Shown here in pieces: positions 9,025 through 18,120 of a stretch of 36,794 nucleotides of DNA. Positions within the stretch are counted from its first letter, which is position 1, and every line of letters starts with the position of its first letter. The stretch is from positions 1-36,794 of IMG/VR virus record IMGVR_UViG_3300011339_000519, one strand, 5' to 3'. The stretch is from a virus. Lineage: Duplodnaviria > Caudoviricetes. The position numbers and the translations under genes were made by a program. The notes under the pieces are model-generated. The model ran no database searches. It was not told where the DNA came from and saw only the letters and a list, made by a program, of their open reading frames with translations.

Positions 9025-9389
9025 GCGACCAAGAACATTTGGAGAGGCTACGCCACCATGCGGAGGCTGCCTTAGAATACTCTGGCGGCACCCATAATTT
9101 TGACGATGTCGCTGAGATGGTCCAGGATCACAGATTGCAGCTGTGGCCAGCCAAAGACTCGGTGGTGTTGACTGAGATCATTGTCTATCCCAGGCTCAAG
9201 AATTTGCATTATTTTCTGGCTGGTGGAGACCTAGATGAACTCTCAAGGATGAGACCATTGATCGAATCCTGGGGCAAATCTATTGGTTGCACCAGGGTGA
9301 CTTTGGCAGGCCGAAGAGGCTGGTCAAAGACATTTTTGAAAGACGAAGGTTACAGCCCACAATGGTCTGTAATGGCAAAGGAACTTTAG
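9021..9389 (+). CDS. Virion assembly protein, possible GNAT-like fold
   Basis: 122 aa; FLAGGDL and LAGRRGW motifs; sits between nozzle and ejection genes. Confidence 0.5.
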   Translation: MSDQEHLERLRHHAEAALEYSGGTHNFDDVAEMVQDHRLQLWPAKDSVVLTEIIVYPRLKNLHYFLAGGDLDELSRMRPLIESWGKSIGCTRVTLAGRRGWSKTFLKDEGYSPQWSVMAKEL

Positions 9390-9398
9390 GGGATAAAT

Positions 9399-10454
9399 AT
9401 GGCAACTTCAGCAGGACTCGCATGGTCATTGGCCAACGGCATCAGCCAAGAGCAATACGATAAAAACCTGGCAGATGCATACGCAAAAGCGCAGGCCCAA
9501 GGCTTGAGCGATGCGCAAATCGAAAGCAATATGAATCAGTACGGCATCAGTGCCTCTGATGTTGCGCGTGCTTTAGGTGTTCCAGTTGGTGATGTTCAAA
9601 CCCGTCTTGAGGCTGCCACACCAACAACTGCTGAAGAAATTGCCTACAACAAAGCAGCCATGGATGAGCTTGCTGGCCGTGAAGCACAGTGGGCCAAGCA
9701 GCAGCAGCAAAATGTGACTGATTGGGCTGCCCAGCAAAAAGCCAATGAGGCTGCATGGGCCAAGGCTCAAGCAAGCAATACAACAAATTGGGCTGCACAG
9801 CAAAAGGCCAATGAGGCTGCATGGGCAGAGCAGCAGCGCTTGAATGCTCTGAAGAATCAGCAACAGATTGCAGCTAATCAAAAGGCTTATCAGGATTATT
9901 TGGCAAGCCAGGCAAAACTTGCAGCTGAGCAAGCTGGCAAGACAACTGGCTATCAGACCAGTGCTGGCACTATGCCATTTGCTGGTGCGACACAAGGCTT
10001 TGCACAGAACTTTCAGAACTATCAGTCCATCATGCCTGGTGCGCAGTACAACCCGGCAGTCACTGGTGGTGCATCACCTTACAGCTTGATCATGGGCCAG
10101 ATGCAACCAATGAGCAATCCATACGCTGGCGTGGTCGCAGGCCAAGCGCTTGGTGGCTATAACCCAGGTCTTTATGACCAGATCGCAGCAGCCAATGTGG
10201 CCAAGACTGCTGCCGAAACAGCGGCTCAAAGCTCTGGCGGTCAAATTTCTGATGGCTTGGCAGAAGGCGGCATGGTCCATGGTGGCCTGATGTTTGGCGG
10301 CAATCCTCCTGGTCCAGATGATGGCGCTGTCAATCTTGATCTTGGCGAGTATGTTGTCAAGAAGTCTTCAGTCGATAAATACGGAAAAGGACTTTTGGAC
10401 ATGATCAATGAAGGCAAAGTGCCTGCCAAGAAAATGAAATCTTTACTGGGATAA
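9399..10454 (+). CDS. Putative internal virion/ejection protein
   Basis: Ala/Gln-rich; WAAQQKANEAAWA repeated twice; C-terminal AEGGMV...GPDD...GEYVV...LDMIN module. Confidence 0.6.
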   Translation: MATSAGLAWSLANGISQEQYDKNLADAYAKAQAQGLSDAQIESNMNQYGISASDVARALGVPVGDVQTRLEAATPTTAEEIAYNKAAMDELAGREAQWAKQQQQNVTDWAAQQKANEAAWAKAQASNTTNWAAQQKANEAAWAEQQRLNALKNQQQIAANQKAYQDYLASQAKLAAEQAGKTTGYQTSAGTMPFAGATQGFAQNFQNYQSIMPGAQYNPAVTGGASPYSLIMGQMQPMSNPYAGVVAGQALGGYNPGLYDQIAAANVAKTAAETAAQSSGGQISDGLAEGGMVHGGLMFGGNPPGPDDGAVNLDLGEYVVKKSSVDKYGKGLLDMINEGKVPAKKMKSLLG

Positions 10455-10463
10455 GGTGGCAAT

Positions 10464-11408
10464 ATGTCAAAAGGTGGAACAACTACAAGCACAAGCTCCA
10501 TTGATCCTCAGATCAAAGAAGCATTCCTGGCCAACTTTCAGCAGGCTCAAGGTGTTGCCGGGGCATTGCCAGTCCAGCAGTTTGCTGGCTACAACCCCAT
10601 GTACCAGGCAGGCGAGGAAGCCCTGGTCAACGCTGGCCTTGCTGGCCCAGGCATTACTGGCACAGACCTGGCAGCCCAGATGGCTGCTTATGGTGGCGTT
10701 TATCAGCCTGCTGCAATCACAGCGCAGCAAACCAATCTTGGCATGACTGGACCAGGATCAATTGGCGAGTACATGAATCCATACACAAGCCAAGTGCGTA
10801 CCAACGCATTGGCCGACTTGGAAGCTGCACGCCAGGCTGCCATTCAGCAAACTGGTGAGCGTGCCACGGCTGCCCGTGCGTTTGGTGGATCACGCCAAGG
10901 TGTGGCCGAGGCTCTGACAAACCAAGGGTTTGCCAAGCAGGCTGCCAACTTAGGCACGACTTTGAACGAGCAAGCATTCAATCAGGCAATGGCCATGCAG
11001 CAGGCCGACATTGCACGCAGATCAGCAGCCGACATTGCTAATCAGCAAGCAGGCTTGCAAGGTGCGCAATTGCGCTTGGGCGGTGCAAGTCAGCTTGGCA
11101 ATTTGGCTGCCCAGCAGCAAGCATTGCGTCTTGGTGGCGCTCAAGCTGTCATGGGCGCTGGTGGTGCGCGTCAGGCTCTGGACCAGCAGCAGATGGATGC
11201 CATTCGCAACATTGGCCTACAACGCCTGGGTGTGGTGCAGTCTTCACTAGGTGCGCAGCCTGCCAATCTTGGTATGCAGTCAACGACACCGCAGTATTCA
11301 AACCCTGCGTCTGGCGCATTGGGTGGTGCTTTGGCTGGTGCAAAACTATTCCCAGGCAACCCGCTGGCAATTGGTGGCGGTGCTTTGCTTGGCCTTTTGG
11401 GCAGTTAA
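10464..11408 (+). CDS. Putative DNA pilot/ejection protein
   Basis: Ala/Gln/Gly-rich; YMNPY and AFGGSRQ motifs; hydrophobic Gly-rich C-terminus. Confidence 0.7.
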   Translation: MSKGGTTTSTSSIDPQIKEAFLANFQQAQGVAGALPVQQFAGYNPMYQAGEEALVNAGLAGPGITGTDLAAQMAAYGGVYQPAAITAQQTNLGMTGPGSIGEYMNPYTSQVRTNALADLEAARQAAIQQTGERATAARAFGGSRQGVAEALTNQGFAKQAANLGTTLNEQAFNQAMAMQQADIARRSAADIANQQAGLQGAQLRLGGASQLGNLAAQQQALRLGGAQAVMGAGGARQALDQQQMDAIRNIGLQRLGVVQSSLGAQPANLGMQSTTPQYSNPASGALGGALAGAKLFPGNPLAIGGGALLGLLGS

Positions 11409-11418
11409 GGGGTAAAAA

Positions 11419-12819
11419 ATGGCAGACTTTGATTTAGGCGGTCTTCTAGGCAATATGTTTAGCGGTGGTGATAGTGAACTTGAAAAACTGTTAACAGCTA
11501 AACAAAAGGAGCAATTGGGCTTGCAGTCATCATTGGCAGCAGCTGCTGCTTTGCTTCAAGCAAGTGGCCGTGGCCCACAGCGCATTGGTCTGGGCCAAGC
11601 ACTTGGCTCTGCCCTGCAAGCTGGCCAAGGTGCTTATGAAAAAGGCACAGCAAGCGCCATCAATAATTTGATGATTGCCCAAAAACTGCAAGAAGCCAAA
11701 CGCGCTCAAGAATTACAAGGTCAAGTCGCAGGCATTTTGACTGGAACGCCAGCTGGCTTGAGTCCAGCTCAGATTGCGCTTGCAGCACCAGGAATGCAAG
11801 CTGGTCCAACTGTTGATCGTGCCGCATTGGCAAGTGCCATTCCACAGCCAAGCGACAATGAAATTAAGGCTGCTCAATATCAAAAAATTGCAGATATTTA
11901 TGCAGCAGCTGGTAAAGGTGAAGATGCCAAACGCTACCAGGACATTGCCAGAGAATTAAATCCCCGTGCTGAAGTTGTTGGCCAGCCATTCGAGGTGACT
12001 GATACCACTGGCAAGCCCATCATGGTCCAGCAATTCAAGTCTGGAAAAATCCAGACCATGGAAGGTTTTGGACCAAAGCGCGATGTTGTTTTGCAGAATT
12101 TAGGCAATAAAGTTGTTGCTGTTGATAAGTCAAAACTTACTGGCAAAGAATCATTTGCCATGGCAATGTCACCAAGCGAGGCTGCAAACCTTGCTATTCG
12201 CCAGGCTGAATTTGCCCGTGGTGCAACAGAGATAAAAGAAACCCCAGAAGGTTTTGTCTATGTGCCAAAAATGCCTGGTGGTGCAGCTTTGCCAGTGGTC
12301 AGTGCTGGTGGTCAACAAGTAAAAGGCGTATCTGGTGGTCAGCCAACAGAAGCGCAATCGACTGCTGCCGGATTTGCCCAGCGCATGGAGCTGGCCAATA
12401 GCATCATCAACAATTTGCCTGCCGGGGTTCAACCAGGATGGGGAACTCGCGCAGCAGAGGCTATCCCATTTGTCGGTGGCGCAATTGCACGCACTGGTCA
12501 AAGTGTTGAGACTCAGAAGTATGACCAGGCTGCGCAAGATTGGATTCGTGCCAAACTGCGCAAAGAGTCTGGAGCTGCCATTGGCAAAGACGAGATGGTC
12601 CAGGAATACAACACTTATTTCCCGCAAGTTGGAGACAGTCCAGAGAAGTTGGCTCAGAAAGCTGAAGCAAGGCGTGTGGCCACCATTGGTATGCAAAAGG
12701 CGGCAGGCAAGGCTTATGAGCCTTACACGCCACTTGCAACATCACCAGCTACTGCGCCAGCAGCTCCAGTGACCGAAAGAAGAATGGTGTTTCGTAATGG
12801 TCGATTTGAATTTGAGTGA
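11419..12819 (+). CDS. Putative ejection protein
   Basis: 466 aa; LRKESGAAIG..E...YFPQVGD motif typical of podovirus internal proteins. Confidence 0.65.
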   Translation: MADFDLGGLLGNMFSGGDSELEKLLTAKQKEQLGLQSSLAAAAALLQASGRGPQRIGLGQALGSALQAGQGAYEKGTASAINNLMIAQKLQEAKRAQELQGQVAGILTGTPAGLSPAQIALAAPGMQAGPTVDRAALASAIPQPSDNEIKAAQYQKIADIYAAAGKGEDAKRYQDIARELNPRAEVVGQPFEVTDTTGKPIMVQQFKSGKIQTMEGFGPKRDVVLQNLGNKVVAVDKSKLTGKESFAMAMSPSEAANLAIRQAEFARGATEIKETPEGFVYVPKMPGGAALPVVSAGGQQVKGVSGGQPTEAQSTAAGFAQRMELANSIINNLPAGVQPGWGTRAAEAIPFVGGAIARTGQSVETQKYDQAAQDWIRAKLRKESGAAIGKDEMVQEYNTYFPQVGDSPEKLAQKAEARRVATIGMQKAAGKAYEPYTPLATSPATAPAAPVTERRMVFRNGRFEFE

Positions 12820-12825
12820 GGCAGT

Positions 12826-14688
12826 ATGAAAAAAATCAACATTGAAGGCATTGGAACTATTCAATTTCCAGATGTCGCAAGTGATGAGCAGATTGCTGCT
12901 TTTATAAATTCAACTTCACCGATGGAATTGCAAAAAATTGCATCTACACAAACACCAGACACATTAGGCCGCCAGATTGGCCTGGCCACACGCCCCATGG
13001 CCCAGGCTGCATTGACTGCTGGCGGCATGCTGCCCATGGTGGTTGATCCCATGGTTAATCTGTTCAACCTGGCGGCTGGAACAAGTGTGCCGACACAAAC
13101 CCAGGCTGTTGAAAAGACATTGTCTGCTGTTGGTTTTCCACAGCCCAGAACAGCCCAAGAGCGCATCATCCAGGATGTGGCCACTGCTGGTTATGGCACT
13201 GGTGGTGTCACCCGTGCTGCAAGTGAAATGGCGCCTAAACTGCCAGGAATGGCATCAGAGCTGGCAAAATTCTTTGCTGCCAGTCCACAGGCCCAGTCAT
13301 CTGCTGCACTGACCGCAGCTGGCGCTGGCGGCATGTTGCGTGAAGGTAACGCGCCACCAGCCCTGCAAATTGGCGGTGCAATGCTTGCAGGCATGGTCGC
13401 ACCAGGCGGTCCAAAACTCACACCCACACAAAAAATCTTGGAAGCGCCTGGTGCATTGGTCAAACCATTCACGCAAGCAGGCCGAGAAACTATTGTTGGC
13501 AATGTCTTGAATCGATTGGCCACAAATCCAGAACAAGCAGCACTCAATTTGCAGCAGGCCCAGCCACTAGTGCCAGGTGTGCGAGTGACCACAGCTGCTG
13601 GTGCGCGTGATCCTGGTCTGGCTGCGGCTGAGACTGCCATTCGCGCATTGGACCAGTCTGGTGCATTCCCTAATGTGCTGTCTGCAAATCAGCAGGCTTT
13701 GCTTGAGTCATTCCGCAGACTTGGTGGCCGTGCTGGTGATGCGACTCAGCCAGGCTCTATCCCTTACGCTGAAGCCAAACGAGCAAGCATTACAGGCCCA
13801 ATGCGTGAGTCTGCATTTGCACAAAAGCAGCCAGTGAGCGTATTACCAATTGCCGATGCCATCTCAGGCATCATGACCAATCCAGCTACGCAGCGCCAGA
13901 CAGTGGATGAGGCCATGCAGTATGTGAGCAAGCTGTTGGCCAAGCGCGTGGACAAAGAGACTGGCACGATTGATCCCATGGCTTTGTACAGTGTCCGAAA
14001 AGACATCACAGATGCCATGGCCGGAAAGTTGGCAGGCGATCAGGCAAACTTGCGTTTGGCCAAAGGTCAACTGGCCGAACTGCTACCAGTCATTGACAAT
14101 GTGATCGAATCTGGCGCTCCAGGCTTTAAGAATTACATGAGTCAGTTTGAGAAGTCATCAAGCGCCATTGACCAGATGCGTCTATTGCAAGGCATCGAGT
14201 CCAAAGTCACAACTGGTCAGCCCAACTTGATGACGGGTGAGCCAGTCTTGGCAGCATCTGCCCTGCGCAGACAAGTGGCTGCAAAGGCTGATGAAATTGG
14301 CGCTCAATTGTCTCCAGCAGCTCAGAGCCGTTTGGACAACATCATCAATGAGATCAATCGTGGCCAGGCTGCAACTGCACCAGGCGTGAAAGCTCCAGGT
14401 TCAAACACATTCCAGAACATGAGCATGGGCAACCTGATTGGCCGAGTGTTTAGCGAGTCCATGGCTGACAACACGACACTGCGCACCATGACGCGCCCAC
14501 TGGACTTTTTGTATAAATTGCCGGACCAGCAGATTCAGCAATTGCTGGTTGAAGCTATGCTTGACCCCAAGTTGGCTGCAACTATGATGAGCAAGGCGAA
14601 TGTGATGAAGGTCGAGCCACTGGCCAAGTCACTGCGCAAAAAGGCTGAAGAGCTTGGATTTGGCGCTGCTATTGGCGCACAGGAGTAA
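12826..14688 (+). CDS. Putative large ejection/DNA-transfer protein
   Basis: 620 aa, Ala-rich, helical; in the internal-protein block; GAGG RBS. Confidence 0.65.
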   Translation: MKKINIEGIGTIQFPDVASDEQIAAFINSTSPMELQKIASTQTPDTLGRQIGLATRPMAQAALTAGGMLPMVVDPMVNLFNLAAGTSVPTQTQAVEKTLSAVGFPQPRTAQERIIQDVATAGYGTGGVTRAASEMAPKLPGMASELAKFFAASPQAQSSAALTAAGAGGMLREGNAPPALQIGGAMLAGMVAPGGPKLTPTQKILEAPGALVKPFTQAGRETIVGNVLNRLATNPEQAALNLQQAQPLVPGVRVTTAAGARDPGLAAAETAIRALDQSGAFPNVLSANQQALLESFRRLGGRAGDATQPGSIPYAEAKRASITGPMRESAFAQKQPVSVLPIADAISGIMTNPATQRQTVDEAMQYVSKLLAKRVDKETGTIDPMALYSVRKDITDAMAGKLAGDQANLRLAKGQLAELLPVIDNVIESGAPGFKNYMSQFEKSSSAIDQMRLLQGIESKVTTGQPNLMTGEPVLAASALRRQVAAKADEIGAQLSPAAQSRLDNIINEINRGQAATAPGVKAPGSNTFQNMSMGNLIGRVFSESMADNTTLRTMTRPLDFLYKLPDQQIQQLLVEAMLDPKLAATMMSKANVMKVEPLAKSLRKKAEELGFGAAIGAQE

Positions 14689-14690
14689 AC

Positions 14691-16118
14691 ATGGCTGGAT
14701 TGCTTGATGATGTTTTGGGATGGATGCAGAGTCCAGAGCGCACCCAGCAGATGCAGGGTCTTGGTGGATCAATCCGCGCTGGTCTTTTGAATATTGAAGA
14801 CAAAGACAAGAAGTTTCAAGACCTTTATGACAAGGCATTTGGCGATCCAAGAAATCCAGCCAAGGTGACAGATAAAGCTGCATTGTCTCAATTGACAGAA
14901 ATGGCCCAGGCTGGACCATTGGCATTTGCACCAATGGGTATGACTAAAGGCATTACCAAAAAAGATGCGACTGTTATGCGACCACAGCGCATTGCTTATC
15001 CTGATATTTATAAGAATCCCAAGGAGCTTGTCGCTGAAGCTGCTGGACGAGTGGCGCCAGAAGACCCAATAATGAAGCAATTGTTTGGGGTAACTAGAGA
15101 TGATTTGTGGCAAATGTCACAACAAGGTCAGCGCCAAGGCAATATTACAGACAGACCATTTAAAGCAGCTGCAAATGCCAAGGGTGCAGCTCATGCTGGC
15201 GAAGTCACAAACCCACGCAACACTCAGCGCCTACAAAATATCATTGGCGAAGCAGAACAATATCCAGAGCTGTACAAAGGCATGGGTGCTTGGTACACCA
15301 TGGACCCATTGTTTAAGCGTTTTGAACAAATCTATGGACCACAGCAAGCAATTGCTGAATACAACAAATTCAATGCATTGACTGGCATGGCCTCACCAGG
15401 CAGTGAGGTCTTGACTGAATTTAATCGTGGAACTGCTGCCAACTGGTTGGCAAACCAAGGTCGATTTGGTGATTTCCAAAAATTTGGTGGTCTTGCTGAA
15501 TTTAGGCGTGGCGCTGATTTCCCACAAGATATGCGCGCCATTATTGGCCACCCGTACCACAGTACAGCTCACAGTGGACCAATGTCAAAGTATGTGGAGT
15601 CTGGCGCTCTTGATATGGGATCGGCTAAAGTGCCAAGCTATATCCATGCTTCTGGTGTGCCACAAACTGGATTCCAAACCCAATGGCCAGTGGGTGACGC
15701 GCACTGGTCTCGATTGGTTGGCCTGCCTGATGTGCGTGGCGCCACAACCAAAAAAGGTGTGGAATCAGTGCCAAATGCAAGCGCTAGCGTGCCAGAGATG
15801 ACAGCGCTTGGACCATGGTGGAAAAATGAAGTGGCTGCACCAATGAATCTTGAGGCAGTGCCTGCTCAAGCTATTGTGTGGGGCGCTGGCTCTGGTGCAA
15901 CTGGGGTGACATCTCCAATTGGCGCACCAAAGTTGGAATTGCTTTCTCAGCAAATTGAAAAGGCTGCCAAGCGAATGAATGTGTCACCAGAAACTGCGCG
16001 AGACATGATCATTCGCGGTCAAGCTCATGCTGGATTTATAGACCCTAAATTGGCAGCTGCACTGGCTGCTGCAAGTGGTGGAGGTCTACTGGCTTATGAC
16101 TCATTCTTTGGTGAGTGA
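14691..16118 (+). CDS. Putative injected protein with an HhH DNA-glycosylase-like domain
   Basis: MAGLLD start; last gene of the ejection block; ordered motifs WY, SP, K.PSY, DAHWSR, QAIVW; GGAG RBS. ORF is solid, function inferred. Confidence 0.45.
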   Translation: MAGLLDDVLGWMQSPERTQQMQGLGGSIRAGLLNIEDKDKKFQDLYDKAFGDPRNPAKVTDKAALSQLTEMAQAGPLAFAPMGMTKGITKKDATVMRPQRIAYPDIYKNPKELVAEAAGRVAPEDPIMKQLFGVTRDDLWQMSQQGQRQGNITDRPFKAAANAKGAAHAGEVTNPRNTQRLQNIIGEAEQYPELYKGMGAWYTMDPLFKRFEQIYGPQQAIAEYNKFNALTGMASPGSEVLTEFNRGTAANWLANQGRFGDFQKFGGLAEFRRGADFPQDMRAIIGHPYHSTAHSGPMSKYVESGALDMGSAKVPSYIHASGVPQTGFQTQWPVGDAHWSRLVGLPDVRGATTKKGVESVPNASASVPEMTALGPWWKNEVAAPMNLEAVPAQAIVWGAGSGATGVTSPIGAPKLELLSQQIEKAAKRMNVSPETARDMIIRGQAHAGFIDPKLAAALAAASGGGLLAYDSFFGE

Positions 16119-16227
16119 TTTCATCAATGGCCCAGGATAGAGCCTCAACAGCTGTTGGGGCTTGTCCCGTTTCTGCCTCAATGATTTGAGCTTGTTCAAG
16201 CAATTTTTTAAGTATTTCAATTTCCAT
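16045..16227 (-). CDS. Hypothetical protein
   Basis: MEIEILKKLL start with GGGG RBS; last gene of the leftward operon; overlaps the convergent gene by 74 nt. Confidence 0.45.
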   Translation of the reverse strand: MEIEILKKLLEQAQIIEAETGQAPTAVEALSWAIDEITHQRMSHKPVDLHHLQQPVQLPI

Positions 16228-16615
16228 TTGTTCCCCCAAAAAAAGCTGCAATTAAAGGGTCTCTCTTGATGACCCGTCTTTGTTGCCTGCGTCTGGCATT
16301 TAAGAAATCCACATCATCTGCGCTCATTTTGTTGCGGTATTTCCTAATGCGCTCTGAGCCTGGCACTGGTCCAGGCGGCTCAACATCTTCACCCTCACCC
16401 CATGACCACAGTGGCCGATACTGGCCATTGGCATGGACCTTGGTGTAGCCAGAGATGTGGACCAGGCCCTCTTTGTGAAATTCAAATAAAGCCCTGGCTG
16501 CACTTCTGCGCACGCAAAAGCACAGCTTGGCCAGGTCCACATCGGAAAGATTTGACTTCTTTTGTAGTGCTGCCGCGATGGCAGGCTCTACGCGAGGTTT
16601 TAAGCCTCTGGCCAT
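16217..16615 (-). CDS. Putative winged-HTH DNA-binding protein
   Basis: Basic 132 aa; LSDVDLAKLCFCVRRSAARAL..FHKEGLVHISGY pattern; RDPLIAAFFG end. Confidence 0.55.
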   Translation of the reverse strand: MARGLKPRVEPAIAAALQKKSNLSDVDLAKLCFCVRRSAARALFEFHKEGLVHISGYTKVHANGQYRPLWSWGEGEDVEPPGPVPGSERIRKYRNKMSADDVDFLNARRRQQRRVIKRDPLIAAFFGGTNGN

Positions 16616-16779
16616 GTGCCACTCTCCATTCGTGCTTTCAAGCGCTCCAGCATCGTTTTGACAACGAATGCACGGGCTTTTACTTCAGCCGGAATGGCAT
16701 GACCATAGACTTCTGGAGAAAGAAGGTCATTGACCAGGTCAAGTGAAGCATCGATAGATGGAGGCAATTCGTTTGTCAT
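16600..16779 (-). CDS. Hypothetical protein
   Basis: Start reassigned to MTNELPPS; overlaps both neighbours. Confidence 0.55.
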   Translation of the reverse strand: MTNELPPSIDASLDLVNDLLSPEVYGHAIPAEVKARAFVVKTMLERLKARMESGTWPEA

Positions 16780-17044
16780 TGTATTTTTCCAGGGCAGAGA
16801 CTTCAATGTGGTCCACCAGGGACTGCAAAAGCATGTGAGCAATGTCCACATCAGTGTCAGAAATGTATGCGTTATTCAGCGTCATGGACTCTTCTAAATC
16901 AGGCTCATAAGGTGCGCCATAAGAATCTGTCGAGCCTTTTTCGGCTGGGCTGTATTCCAGGAAGCATGTCAATTCGACATCTTCAATGCAGCAGGCAAAC
17001 TGGAACAAGTCTTTTGGACAATCGGGTGTTGTGCCGTAGTTCAT
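16739..17044 (-). CDS. Hypothetical acidic protein
   Basis: Start reassigned to MNYGTTPDCP behind a GGAGG RBS. Confidence 0.6.
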   Translation of the reverse strand: MNYGTTPDCPKDLFQFACCIEDVELTCFLEYSPAEKGSTDSYGAPYEPDLEESMTLNNAYISDTDVDIAHMLLQSLVDHIEVSALEKYNDKRIASIYRCFT

Positions 17045-17046
17045 GC

Positions 17047-17139
17047 TCACCCCCTCCAAGCCAACATCACGCCAATGCCACCAAAGATAATGATGGCCAA
17101 GGTCCATTCAATTAAGGCTGTAATGATTTTCTGTTTCAT
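17047..17139 (-). CDS. 30-aa membrane peptide (not in ORF track)
   Basis: MKQKIITALIEWTLAIIIFGGIGVMLAWRG*; first gene of the leftward operon. Confidence 0.6.
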   Translation of the reverse strand: MKQKIITALIEWTLAIIIFGGIGVMLAWRG

Positions 17140-17253
17140 CGGTTTCTTTCGTTAAGTTGAATAAGAGTAACGAATTCTGACAGATTAAAAATATGTTGCA
17201 ACAATTATTTTTAAGTGTTGTTTTTATACATATTCCGCAATTAGAATGCGGCC
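17140..17253. promoter_or_regulatory. Divergent promoter region with candidate operator
   Basis: AT-rich; rightward TTGTTT (17218) and TAGAAT (17242); leftward TTGCAA/CAGAAT; perfect palindrome TGTTGCAACA at 17194-17203. Confidence 0.55.
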
Positions 17254-17454
17254 ATGGAATCAATCTTCACTATCAGGGACAGGGCCAAGGCCCACAAGAT
17301 CACCATGTCTGCCGTGTGCAGCAGGGCTGGCATTCAGCAGTCCCAGGTGAGCCGATGGCTGTCTGGGACTGTTGAGCCGCTTTGGACATCAATCAATCAA
17401 TTGAACATTGCGCTCAATGAATTGATTGAAGAGAGATCACCAGTCGCTGTCTGA
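17254..17454 (+). CDS. Cro/XRE-like HTH transcriptional regulator
   Basis: ITMSAVCSRAGIQQSQVSRWLSGTVEP is a typical HTH_3 pattern. Confidence 0.8.
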   Translation: MESIFTIRDRAKAHKITMSAVCSRAGIQQSQVSRWLSGTVEPLWTSINQLNIALNELIEERSPVAV

Positions 17455-18003
17455 TACAGCTTCAGCAACTAGCTTGGCGCTGGCACTGATACCAAAATCA
17501 GATGCAGCAGATGGCTTTGCACCACCCAATGAATCACCTTTGGCCAGCAGCATGATGTTGTTCAGGCCAAACGACACACCCTTGTTGCCCGCCTGGTCAT
17601 ACGCATAAGCATTCAAAGACACACGGCCAAAGTCACCAGAGACGATGTCTTGGCTGCCAATGATGTCGTGGCCATGGGCATCCACCGCGCCAGGCTTATT
17701 GGTCGATTTGGTATTGAAGAAGTAATGGCCAGCGTACTCTGGGCCAAGTGGTGAGCCATCAGACTTGGTCTCAGTATCGCCATCACGCAAGGGATTGCGC
17801 ACAGTCTTTGGAATCTTGTCACCAAACTTGGCGGTCAATGCGGCCTTGGCTGCCGCTTTCAATTGGTTCACAGTTTCGGTGTCTGTCTTTGGAACAAGCA
17901 CCTGGGTCGAGAACTCTTCTTTGCCATTCATCTCATTCTTACGAGCAGTCAATGCTGAGAAATAAGAGAAGCGAACTTTTCCGGTTACAACGCGTGTAGA
18001 CAT
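17437..18003 (-). CDS. ssb: Single-stranded DNA-binding protein (DUF2815, T7 gp2.5-like)
   Basis: VRFSY, NPLRDGD and GNKGVSFGLNNI motifs; acidic tail ending in an aromatic residue (DSDW); AAGGA RBS. Confidence 0.88.
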   Translation of the reverse strand: MSTRVVTGKVRFSYFSALTARKNEMNGKEEFSTQVLVPKTDTETVNQLKAAAKAALTAKFGDKIPKTVRNPLRDGDTETKSDGSPLGPEYAGHYFFNTKSTNKPGAVDAHGHDIIGSQDIVSGDFGRVSLNAYAYDQAGNKGVSFGLNNIMLLAKGDSLGGAKPSAASDFGISASAKLVAEAVSDSDW

Positions 18004-18120
18004 TTTTGATCCTTTTAAGGTTTACAGGGTTTAACGATTTAATCGTTTTCTGCGTTTGCAGAAATTGCACTTTAGCACAAATCGGATATGATGCAAACAA
18101 ATTAAACGAAGGAAACGATC
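18004..18120. promoter_or_regulatory. Overlapping bidirectional sigma70-like promoters for ssb and helicase
   Basis: + strand TTGCAC (18065)-16 nt-TATGAT (18087); - strand TTGCAT-16 nt-TAAAGT; inverted repeat AACGAT-tta-ATCGTT at 18033-18047. Confidence 0.5.

Noticed and set aside
6876-10462. ATAAGGTGGCAA repeated before genes 6897 and 10464 as a late promoter
   Set aside because: Only two copies, each explained by a TAA stop followed by an AAGGTG Shine-Dalgarno-like sequence.
16045-17454. Lysogeny module or prophage boundary
   Set aside because: No integrase, excisionase, par genes or flanking host genes in the window.
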